Shown in pieces: positions 9,635 through 16,956 of a stretch of 21,706 bases of DNA. Location of the stretch: the NCBI GenBank assembly GCA_052390515.1, contig JBQTGV010000122.1, positions 1 to 21,706 of the forward strand, in the 5' to 3' direction. The position numbers and the translations under genes were made by a program. Each line of letters begins with the position of its first letter. Position 1 is the first letter of the stretch. The notes under the pieces are model-generated. The model was not told the DNA's origin. It saw only the letters and a program-made list of their open reading frames with translations, and made no database searches. The DNA is from Candidatus Eiseniibacteriota bacterium (GTDB taxonomy: Bacteria; ARS69).

Positions 9635-10116
9635 GCGGTCTCGAGGACCGGCTTCCGCCGGAGCGGATCCGGCTCGATCTCGACGCACGGTCGGCGGACG
9701 ACGTGATCGGCGAGCTCGCCCGGCTTCTCGGCGGGCGGGACGCGACGGTCCAGGAAGCCGTGCGCGACGGGTTGGCGTGGCGCGAGCAGGTCTCGCCCAC
9801 CGGAGTCGGCGGCGGAATCGCGTTCCCGCACGCCCGGGTGGACTCGATGGCGGGGATCCGCCTCGCGTTCGTGCGGACGGTGCGGCCGATCGACTTCCGC
9901 GCGATGGACGGGCGGGGAGTGGACCTGTTCCTGGCGCTGGCCGGGCCGGAGCAGGAGCGGCGCGAGTACCTCTCGGTTCTGGGCATGGTCTCGTACCTGT
10001 TCCGGTCCTCGGGCGTCCGGGAGGAGTTCCGCAAGGCCACCACGCCCGAGGCGGTGAGGGACCTGGTCCGCCGCTTCTCGCCCGGGGGGGCTGGAGTGGG
10101 GGGAGAAACGCTCTAG
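9631..10116 (+). CDS. Second stand-alone PTS EIIA domain protein (PtsN-like)
   Basis: [19 protein letters not shown] with the phospho-His, and [20 protein letters not shown] 9631 overlaps the icd stop (ATGA). It is the C-terminal part of track ORF 8641..10116. Confidence 0.88.
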   Translation: MSGLEDRLPPERIRLDLDARSADDVIGELARLLGGRDATVQEAVRDGLAWREQVSPTGVGGGIAFPHARVDSMAGIRLAFVRTVRPIDFRAMDGRGVDLFLALAGPEQERREYLSVLGMVSYLFRSSGVREEFRKATTPEAVRDLVRRFSPGGAGVGGETL

Positions 10117-10248
10117 CTTCGAGGTGATGTCCGCCGGACCGGGGGAAAACCGGAGGCACTTCAAGCTTCATTCCGGTTCGGTCGAAACTGGAGCCGTGAG
10201 AGACTGCGGGCACCGCGGCTCGGCCTCGGCGCCCGACGGGAGGTTCGC

Positions 10249-11013
10249 GTGCAGGAGATACCCCTCACGACCGGGGGATCGGAGTGGCTCGCGGTGTCGA
10301 GCCTGTCCGACGTCGGTTGCGTGCGCGACAACAACGAGGACTCCATCGGGGTCTTCCCCAACGACGACCCGGCGAAGGGTACGCTCCTGATCGTCGCCGA
10401 CGGCATGGGTGGAGCCGCGGCCGGCGAAGTAGCCAGCCGTCTCGCGGTGGAGCGGGTCCGCGAGGGCTACTTCCGGTCGGACGAACGAAGCCCGGCGGTC
10501 GCGCTGCGCGTTGCGCTCGAGACGGCCAACACGTCGATCCTGGAAAAGGCGCGCAACGACCGCCGCCTCTCCGGAATGGGAACGACCTGCACCGCAGTCG
10601 CGGTCATCGGCCGCGAGCTGTGGTTCGCGCACATCGGGGACAGCCGCGCCTACCTCAAGACGGGCACGAGTCTCCGGCAGCTCACCAGCGACCATTCGCT
10701 GGCCGCGGAGCTGGGACGCACGGGCGGCGCGGAGGATCTTCGTTCCCGTGCCCGCAACGTGCTCACCCGCTGCCTCGGCGTTCGCGCGGAAGTCCAGATC
10801 GACGTCTCCGAGACCCCGACGCCGCTGCCCGACGACGCCGGGCTCGTGATCTGCTCGGACGGCCTGTGCAATCTCGTGAACGACGGCGAGATCCACCAGA
10901 TCGTATCCATGCACGGTCCGGACGGTGCATGCCGGCGCCTCGTGCAGCTCGCCAAGGAACGCGGCGCCCCCGACAACGTCAGCGTCGCCGTCGGTCGAAT
11001 CACCCGCGACTGA
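10249..11013 (+). CDS. PP2C/PPM-family Ser/Thr protein phosphatase (Stp1/PrpC-like)
   Basis: SDVGCVRDNNEDS, VADGMGG, GMGTT, AHIGDSRAY, LTSDHS, RNVLTRCLG, CSDGL and DNVS. GTG start with GGGAGG RBS. Confidence 0.93.
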   Translation: MQEIPLTTGGSEWLAVSSLSDVGCVRDNNEDSIGVFPNDDPAKGTLLIVADGMGGAAAGEVASRLAVERVREGYFRSDERSPAVALRVALETANTSILEKARNDRRLSGMGTTCTAVAVIGRELWFAHIGDSRAYLKTGTSLRQLTSDHSLAAELGRTGGAEDLRSRARNVLTRCLGVRAEVQIDVSETPTPLPDDAGLVICSDGLCNLVNDGEIHQIVSMHGPDGACRRLVQLAKERGAPDNVSVAVGRITRD

Positions 11014-11034
11014 CCGCCGGTCCTCTCCGGCGAT

Positions 11035-11063
11035 TTGCCGATTCGGGAATCGCGTGCCATGAT
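11035..11063 (+). promoter_or_regulatory. Possible promoter with an internal palindrome upstream of the TPR/TM and FG-GAP genes
   Basis: TTGCCG-N17-CATGAT with a TG extended -10. A perfect inverted repeat CGATTC-GG-GAATCG lies at 11039-11052. Confidence 0.35.
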
Positions 11064-11117
11064 CTTCGCTCTAGGGCACGCGCCCGCCGGCGGGCGCGCT
11101 CCATCCAGGAGAGACTC

Positions 11118-11738
11118 GTGCGAACCGGACGCCGTCCCCGGGTCTGGCTGCGCCGCCTCGTCGCGGTCGCCGGGACGACCGTCGTGTCCTTCCCGGCCGC
11201 CGCCGCCGGAACGACCCGCGAGGCGCTGGACCTCGCCGTAGACTACTTCCTCGTCGCCGATTATCGGACCGCGCTCGAACGGCTGACCGGGTTGCTCGAC
11301 GGGCGCGGGTTGACCGACGATCGCCTGGTCCAGGCTCACGTGCTTCGCGCGCGCTCTCTCGTCGGCCTGGGCAGGACGGAGTCCGCGGTCGCGGCGTTCT
11401 GCTCGGTTCTTCGCCTGGACGGAGAGTGGCGCCCGGATCCAGGCACGGCGCTTTCGACCGGCGAGCTCGCCGCCTTCCACCGAGCGGTGCCGCTGTCCCT
11501 GCCTCCGGTCGCGCCGCCACCTCCGCACCGGGCGGAGCTCTCCCCGGTCGACACGCCTTGGCTCGAGCCGGCCCGGCTCGGCATCGGGCCGGCCCAGGAA
11601 GCGCGCTCCTGGTACCGCCGCCCGCTCGTGCTTGGCGTCGCCGGTGGCGTAGCCGCGGGCGTCCTGATTCTCGTGTTCGACGAGGGCGCAGCCGACGAGC
11701 CGGCCCGTCTCCCGGACTTCCCGGAGCCTCCCGAGTGA
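11118..11738 (+). CDS. Hypothetical exported protein with TPR-like helices, Pro-rich linker and C-terminal hydrophobic helix
   Basis: GTG 11118 with AGGAG RBS. Signal-like N-terminus ending PAAAA; TPR-like AVDYFLVADYRTALERL and AHVLRARSLVGLGRTESAVAAF; C-terminal WYRRPLVLGVAGGVAAGVLILVF then LPDFPEPPE. Stop overlaps the next start (GTGA). Confidence 0.7.
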   Translation: MRTGRRPRVWLRRLVAVAGTTVVSFPAAAAGTTREALDLAVDYFLVADYRTALERLTGLLDGRGLTDDRLVQAHVLRARSLVGLGRTESAVAAFCSVLRLDGEWRPDPGTALSTGELAAFHRAVPLSLPPVAPPPPHRAELSPVDTPWLEPARLGIGPAQEARSWYRRPLVLGVAGGVAAGVLILVFDEGAADEPARLPDFPEPPE

Positions 11739-14700
11739 CCCTCCGCCGGAGGCTGCCGCGCCGCGGCCGGTTCCTCCCGACCCTGATGTGGATCGCGCTC
11801 GCGGCCGCCGCCCCCGCGCGGGCCCAGTTCCGGGACGTCACGTCCCTGGTGCCGCTCGGTTCGGAGACGACCGCCGGCGTCGCCTGGGTCGACTTCGATG
11901 GCGACGGCGATCTCGATGTCTTCGCCACGACCTACGGCAACGTTCCCGGGAACGAGTTCAACCGCCTCTACGAGAACGTCGGCCTCCGTTTCGAAGATCA
12001 TCCGGTCGCGGCGCTGGGGCTCGGCCCGTACCTCTGCACCGGATCGGCCTGGGCGGACTTCGACGACGACGGCGACGCGGACGTCTTCGTGACCTCGGAG
12101 TCGAGCGCCGGGACCGGGCTGTTCCGCAACGACGGGAACGACGCGTTCGTGGACATCACCCCGCCCGTCCTGCGCGCGGACAGCTCGTCCTACACGCCGG
12201 TCTGGGTGGACTACGACCTCGACGGCGATCTGGACCTGAGCGTCGCCTCGCGGTTCGGCGGGCGCCTGTTCCGCAACGACGGCGGCGGCGGGTTCGCGAA
12301 CCGCACTCCCGCAGCGCTCGACGTGCTCACCTGGTCGGTGGAGTGGAGCGACTGGGACCGGGACGGAGACCCCGACGCGTTCCTGGGAACGATCGACCAG
12401 CCGCTCGTGCTCGCGCGCAACGACGGGGGCGGCGCGTTCCGCGACGTGGCCCTGGGCAGCCTGGGTGGAGGGACGGACGGCGCGTTCTCGGGTGGCTTCG
12501 CCGACTACGACCGGGACGGCGACGACGACCTCTACGTGACTTACTTCTTCGAGCCGGCGCGTCTCTTCCGCAACGAGGGCAGCTTCGGTTTCGCGGACGT
12601 GACGCCGGCGCTGCTGCAAGGCACCGGGGCTGCCTACACCTCCTCGTGGTGCGACTTCGACCTCGACGGCGATGCGGACATCCTGCGCCTGGGTCACGTG
12701 CCGGGCGGAACCGCTCTCTACCGCAACGATGCGGCGTCGTTCCGCGACGTATCCCCGCTCCTGGGCTCGGTGACGCAGAGCAACGTGTGGAGCGGGGCGT
12801 GGGGCGAATGGGACGGGGACGGGCGGCCGGACCTCTTCCTGGGACTCCACGGATCCACGTCGGATCGGCTGCTGCGCAACGAGAACGGAGCGAGCCGACA
12901 CTGGCTGCGTGTGGACCTCCAGGGCGCCCTCTCCCAGCGGCAGGGCATCGGCGCGCGCGTCGACGTGATCGCGGGTGGCCGCATGACCTCGCTCCAGGTC
13001 TCCGGCGGCGGCGACGGTTGGTGCTCGCAGGAGCCGGCCTCCGCGTGGTTCGGCCTGGGAGCGGACGTCTCGGCGCAGGTCCAGGTGAGCTGGCCGAGTG
13101 GACAGGTGCACGTGATCAGCGGCGTGTCCGTGGACCGTGTGCTCACCGTGGCGGAGCCGGGGCTCGCGTCTGCCCTTCAGCTCGTGCCGGTACGGAGCGC
13201 GTTCGATCTGAACCTGCGTCTGGACGGAGCGCGCGTCACCTCGGCGACGCTGTTCGCGCGCTCGGGCGGCTCGGGCGGCTACGCCTCGTTTCCGCTCTTC
13301 GCCATCGGCGGGGTGGCGCTGCGAGCGCGCCTTCCCGCGGATCTCGTGACGGAAGCGGGGATGGAGTACTGGGTGGAGTACCGGCTGAACGGCGGGACCC
13401 CGCGGACGACGCCGTACGAAGGCGTGAGCCGTCCGGCGTTCCTGCCCGCGGAGTTCACGAATCTGGCGAGCCCCGTCGCGCTTCCGGCGAGGCGCTTCGC
13501 GCTGTTCGGCTTCCCGTTCGTGCCGTCCGACTCGACCGCCGCGGCGCTCTTCGCCGACGACCTGGGCGCCCTGGACGACCGGCGCTGGCGGCTCGGACGC
13601 TGGGACTCGCGCGGGCGACGCTATGTCGAGGCGAGCGACTCGACGCTCACGCTGAGCCCCGGACAAGCTTTCTGGCTGATCACGGATCGGGAAGTGCGGC
13701 CGGCTGCATCCGGTCGCGGCCGGGACATCCGGGCCGGCGTGCCGATCACGCTCGAGCCGGGTTGGAATCAGGTCGCTCATCCGTTCTTCTTCCCGGTCCT
13801 CGTGAGCGACGTCGACTTCTCCGGCGCCCCCAACGTGGAGCGCCGGATCGTGCGCTATGGGAACGCCGGCTACGAGGATGCGGCGGTGCTCGAGCCGTGG
13901 GAGGGGTACTGGATGCACAACGAGAACGTCGCGACCGAGACGATCGTCGTCGCGCCGCGGGCGGCTCCGGCCGGTCGCGTGTCGGCGTCGCCGCCGGTCC
14001 CGGCGAAGTGGAGCGTCGCTCTCTCGGCTCGCCAGGGCGGGGCGATGGACGGAGGCAACGAAGCCGGCGTGGCGGCCGAGGCCGTCGAGGGCCGCGACCG
14101 CGGGGACTCGCTCGAGCCGCCCGCCGCGCCCGGGCACGTTCGCCTGTGGCTCGAGGCGCCGGGCGAGGGCGGCGCCACCCGCGAGTTGACCCGCGACCTC
14201 CGCTCCGCGTCCGGCGGTGGCCACGTCTGGGAGGTCGCGGTGAGCTCCGAGTCGGGCGAGCGGGTGGAGCTGACCTGGTCGGGTCTCGCCGGTCTGCCCG
14301 CGGGATTCGAGGCGGTGCTGTTCCCGCGGGAGACGGGCGCCCGGGTCGCGCTCTCGGAGCGGGACGGCGTCGCGCTGCCCTCGGGAAGGACGCATCGCTT
14401 CCGCTTGGCAGTCGGCTCGCGCGAGTTCGTCGCTGCGGTCGAGACCGGGGCGATCGATCCGCCGCGCGGCGTCGAGCTCCGAGCGCCGTGGCCCAGCCCG
14501 TTCGCCGCCTCGACGACGATCGGATATGGAGTTCCTGCGCCCGGGCGGGTGACGCTGACCGTGCACGACGTGCGGGGGCGGCTCGTGCGCACGCTCGTCT
14601 CCGGCACGGTGCCGGGGGGACGGCACTCGGCGCGTTGGTCCGGCGACGACGAAGGCGGGCGGGCGGCATCGTCCGGCGTCTACTTCGTCCGTCTTTCCGC

Positions 14701-14743
14701 GGGAGAGCGCACGGTGACGCGCAAGGTGCTGCTCGCGCGGTGA
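11735..14743 (+). CDS. Large secreted FG-GAP/VCBS-repeat + ASPIC/UnbV (CRTAC1-like) protein with C-terminal FlgD-Ig-like domain
   Basis: Signal peptide ending APARA|Q. Seven DxDxDGDxD-type repeats. ASPIC-like GIGARV...SQEPASAWFGLG...VSWPSG. C-terminal PSPFAASTTIGY...VHDVRGRLVRTL...WSGDDEGGRAASSGVYFVRL...TRKVLLAR. GTG start coupled to the upstream stop. Confidence 0.85.
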   Translation: MTLRRRLPRRGRFLPTLMWIALAAAAPARAQFRDVTSLVPLGSETTAGVAWVDFDGDGDLDVFATTYGNVPGNEFNRLYENVGLRFEDHPVAALGLGPYLCTGSAWADFDDDGDADVFVTSESSAGTGLFRNDGNDAFVDITPPVLRADSSSYTPVWVDYDLDGDLDLSVASRFGGRLFRNDGGGGFANRTPAALDVLTWSVEWSDWDRDGDPDAFLGTIDQPLVLARNDGGGAFRDVALGSLGGGTDGAFSGGFADYDRDGDDDLYVTYFFEPARLFRNEGSFGFADVTPALLQGTGAAYTSSWCDFDLDGDADILRLGHVPGGTALYRNDAASFRDVSPLLGSVTQSNVWSGAWGEWDGDGRPDLFLGLHGSTSDRLLRNENGASRHWLRVDLQGALSQRQGIGARVDVIAGGRMTSLQVSGGGDGWCSQEPASAWFGLGADVSAQVQVSWPSGQVHVISGVSVDRVLTVAEPGLASALQLVPVRSAFDLNLRLDGARVTSATLFARSGGSGGYASFPLFAIGGVALRARLPADLVTEAGMEYWVEYRLNGGTPRTTPYEGVSRPAFLPAEFTNLASPVALPARRFALFGFPFVPSDSTAAALFADDLGALDDRRWRLGRWDSRGRRYVEASDSTLTLSPGQAFWLITDREVRPAASGRGRDIRAGVPITLEPGWNQVAHPFFFPVLVSDVDFSGAPNVERRIVRYGNAGYEDAAVLEPWEGYWMHNENVATETIVVAPRAAPAGRVSASPPVPAKWSVALSARQGGAMDGGNEAGVAAEAVEGRDRGDSLEPPAAPGHVRLWLEAPGEGGATRELTRDLRSASGGGHVWEVAVSSESGERVELTWSGLAGLPAGFEAVLFPRETGARVALSERDGVALPSGRTHRFRLAVGSREFVAAVETGAIDPPRGVELRAPWPSPFAASTTIGYGVPAPGRVTLTVHDVRGRLVRTLVSGTVPGGRHSARWSGDDEGGRAASSGVYFVRLSAGERTVTRKVLLAR
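11876..12885 (+). repeat. Seven intragenic FG-GAP-type Ca-binding repeats (protein-level)
   Basis: WVDFDGDGDLD, WADFDDDGDAD, WVDYDLDGDLD, WSDWDRDGDPD, FADYDRDGDDD, WCDFDLDGDAD and WGEWDGDGRPD, each followed by an L(F/Y/A/L)(R/E)N motif. Boundaries approximate. Confidence 0.85.
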
Positions 14744-14803
14744 GGTGCCCGGTTCAGCCTCGTCGCTGGTCTCTCCAGACGGAACACGAGTCGCCCTCGT
14801 CCG

Positions 14804-15994
14804 TCAGGACGGGCGCTCCGCCGTCAGCGCCATGGCGAATCCCATGCCGCCGCTCACGCACAGCGTCGCGATTCCGCGCGCCGCGCCGCGCCGGCGCATC
14901 TCGTGCGCGAGCGTGGTCAGGATCCTCGCGCCGCTCGCGCCGATCGGGTGGCCCAGGGCGATCGCGCCGCCGTTGACATTGGTCCGCTCGAGGTCGAGGC
15001 GAAGCTCCCTCGCCACGGCGAGAACCTGCGCGGCGAAGGCCTCGTTGAGCTCGACGAGCTCGACGTCGCCGAGCTTCCATCCCAGGCGGCCCAGCAGCTT
15101 GCGTGTGGCTGGTACGGGACCGATGCCCATGATGCGCGGGTCCACGCCCACCGCGACCCACCCGCCGATCCACGCGAGCGGCGTGACGCCGCGGGCGCGC
15201 ACCTCGGCGCTGCCGGCGAGAACGACGGCGGCCGCCCCGTCGGTGATTCCCGAGGAGTTCCCGGCGTGCACCGTCCCGCCGTCCCGGAAGACGGCCGGCA
15301 GCTTCGAGAGCTTCTCCAGCGTCGTGTCGGCGCGGTAGTGCTCGTCGCGCGTCAAGCGCTGGCCGTTCCTTCCCGGAACGGCGACGGGCACGACTTCCGC
15401 GTCGAAGCGCCCGGCCTCCCACGCGGCCGTGGCGCGAAGCTGGCTGGCCAGCGCCAGCTCGTCCTGCTCGCGGCGGGAGATGCCGCCCTGCTCGGCGAGG
15501 GTCTCCGCCGTCCTGCCCATGAGCTGGTCGGCGAGCGGGCAGTGGAACCCGTCGCGATACATCGCGTCGACGACCGCGGAATCGCCCAGGCGGTATCCAA
15601 GACGGGCGCGCTCCAGGAGGAAGGGGACGCGGGTCATGCTCTCCATCCCGCCGGCGAGCACCAGACGCGCATCGCCGCGCTGCAGCGCCGCGGCTCCCAG
15701 AGCCACGGCCTGGAGTCCGCTCGCGCAGGCCTGATTCACGGTGTAGGCCGGCGCGGACTCCGGGACGCCGCATCCGACGCTCACCGGCCGCGCCGGGTTG
15801 GGTCCGTTCCCCGCCTGCCGCGCCATGCCGAAGATGGTCTCTCCGACGTCGGCGGGATCCACCGCGGCACGCTCCAGCGCGGCACGTCCGGCGACGACGG
15901 CGAGGTCCCTCGCCGGAACGTCGGCCAGCGAGCCGAGGAACCGGCCGATCGGCGTTCGCGCCGCGGAGAGGATCGCCACCGGTTCCAATCGCAT
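14804..15994 (-). CDS. Thiolase (acetyl-CoA C-acyltransferase)
   Basis: ARTPIG, catalytic NQACASG, AGGMESM, GNSSGITDGAA, ELNEAFAAQ, GHPIGASG and CVSGGMG. Confidence 0.95.
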   Translation of the reverse strand: MRLEPVAILSAARTPIGRFLGSLADVPARDLAVVAGRAALERAAVDPADVGETIFGMARQAGNGPNPARPVSVGCGVPESAPAYTVNQACASGLQAVALGAAALQRGDARLVLAGGMESMTRVPFLLERARLGYRLGDSAVVDAMYRDGFHCPLADQLMGRTAETLAEQGGISRREQDELALASQLRATAAWEAGRFDAEVVPVAVPGRNGQRLTRDEHYRADTTLEKLSKLPAVFRDGGTVHAGNSSGITDGAAAVVLAGSAEVRARGVTPLAWIGGWVAVGVDPRIMGIGPVPATRKLLGRLGWKLGDVELVELNEAFAAQVLAVARELRLDLERTNVNGGAIALGHPIGASGARILTTLAHEMRRRGAARGIATLCVSGGMGFAMALTAERPS

Positions 15995-16090
15995 CCGTTT
16001 CTGCCGTTCCCGAATCGCGCGGCATGAGGTAAGGAGAAAGTCGCCGCGGGGAAGATACTCGAATCACGGGCTTCGCGCCCGGGGGCCTGG

Positions 16091-16876
16091 ATGCCGGCCA
16101 TCTCCGTGCTGACCGACTTCGGGCTCCGCGATCCGTTCGTCGGCGAGCTGAAGGCCGAGCTGCTCCGCGGCGGCTGCGAGACCGTGATCGATCTCACGCA
16201 CGAGATCGACCCCGGGAACGTTCGCGAAGCTTCGTGGGTACTGCTGAAATCGTGGGCTCGTTTTCCGAGCGGGACCTGTCACCTCGCCGTGGTGGATCCC
16301 GGAGTGGGAAGCGCGCGACGGGCCATCGTCGCGGCCGCGGGTGGACACCGCTTCGTCGGTCCGGACAACGGGATCCTCGCGGCGGCGCTCGCGGATGCGG
16401 GGGGCGCCGTGATCCACGAGATCGCCGCGCCTGTCCCCGCGTCGGCCCGGAGGGGGACGACGTTCGACGGGCGAGACTTGTTCGCGCCGGCCGCGGCGCG
16501 CCTCGCCCGGGGGGCGGCGCTCGCGGAGTTCGGGCCGAAGATCGGCGAGATCGTGCGGCTCGCGCCCTTCGATCCGGTCCCGGACGGGGGCGGTTGGAGC
16601 GCCGAGGTGATTCGCGTGGATCGGTTCGGCAACGTGGTGACAGTTGTCGAGGAGTCCTTCCTGAGGAGTGCGTTCGGTGAGGGCTGGACGGGGATCACCG
16701 TCACGGCGGGGGGGAGAGCGGTGCGGGGGATACGCCGCGCCTACGACGAGGTCGGCGCAGGCGAACCGCTCCTGACCATCGGCGGCTCGGGAACGCTGGA
16801 GCTCTGCGTGAATCGCGGGCGCGCGAGCGACGGGCTCGCCCTCCGCGCCGGAGACTCCGTGCGAATCGTCCGGTAG
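16091..16876 (+). CDS. SAM hydroxide adenosyltransferase / SAM-dependent halogenase superfamily protein (DUF62)
   Basis: LTDFG, IDLTHEI, HLAVVDPGVG, GPDNG, TFDGRDLFAP, DRFGN and LELCVNRG. Confidence 0.92.
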   Translation: MPAISVLTDFGLRDPFVGELKAELLRGGCETVIDLTHEIDPGNVREASWVLLKSWARFPSGTCHLAVVDPGVGSARRAIVAAAGGHRFVGPDNGILAAALADAGGAVIHEIAAPVPASARRGTTFDGRDLFAPAAARLARGAALAEFGPKIGEIVRLAPFDPVPDGGGWSAEVIRVDRFGNVVTVVEESFLRSAFGEGWTGITVTAGGRAVRGIRRAYDEVGAGEPLLTIGGSGTLELCVNRGRASDGLALRAGDSVRIVR

Positions 16877-16956
16877 CGCGGCGAGGCAGTGGAGTCGGGG
16901 AACGTCGCGACCGAAGAGGGGAAGGGATGGCCAAGCCGCTCGGCGAAAGGGGAAGC

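Noticed and set aside
11876-12885. Recurrent gacggcgac / ttccgcaacgac DNA repeats as a CRISPR or tandem array
   Set aside because: They are degenerate, in frame and fully explained by the FG-GAP protein repeats.
11336-14976. Very long alternative ORFs (11336..14626 minus, 11788..14976 plus)
   Set aside because: Arg/Pro/Gly-rich with no motifs. Stop codons are scarce off-frame in high-GC DNA, and they overlap the real FG-GAP gene.
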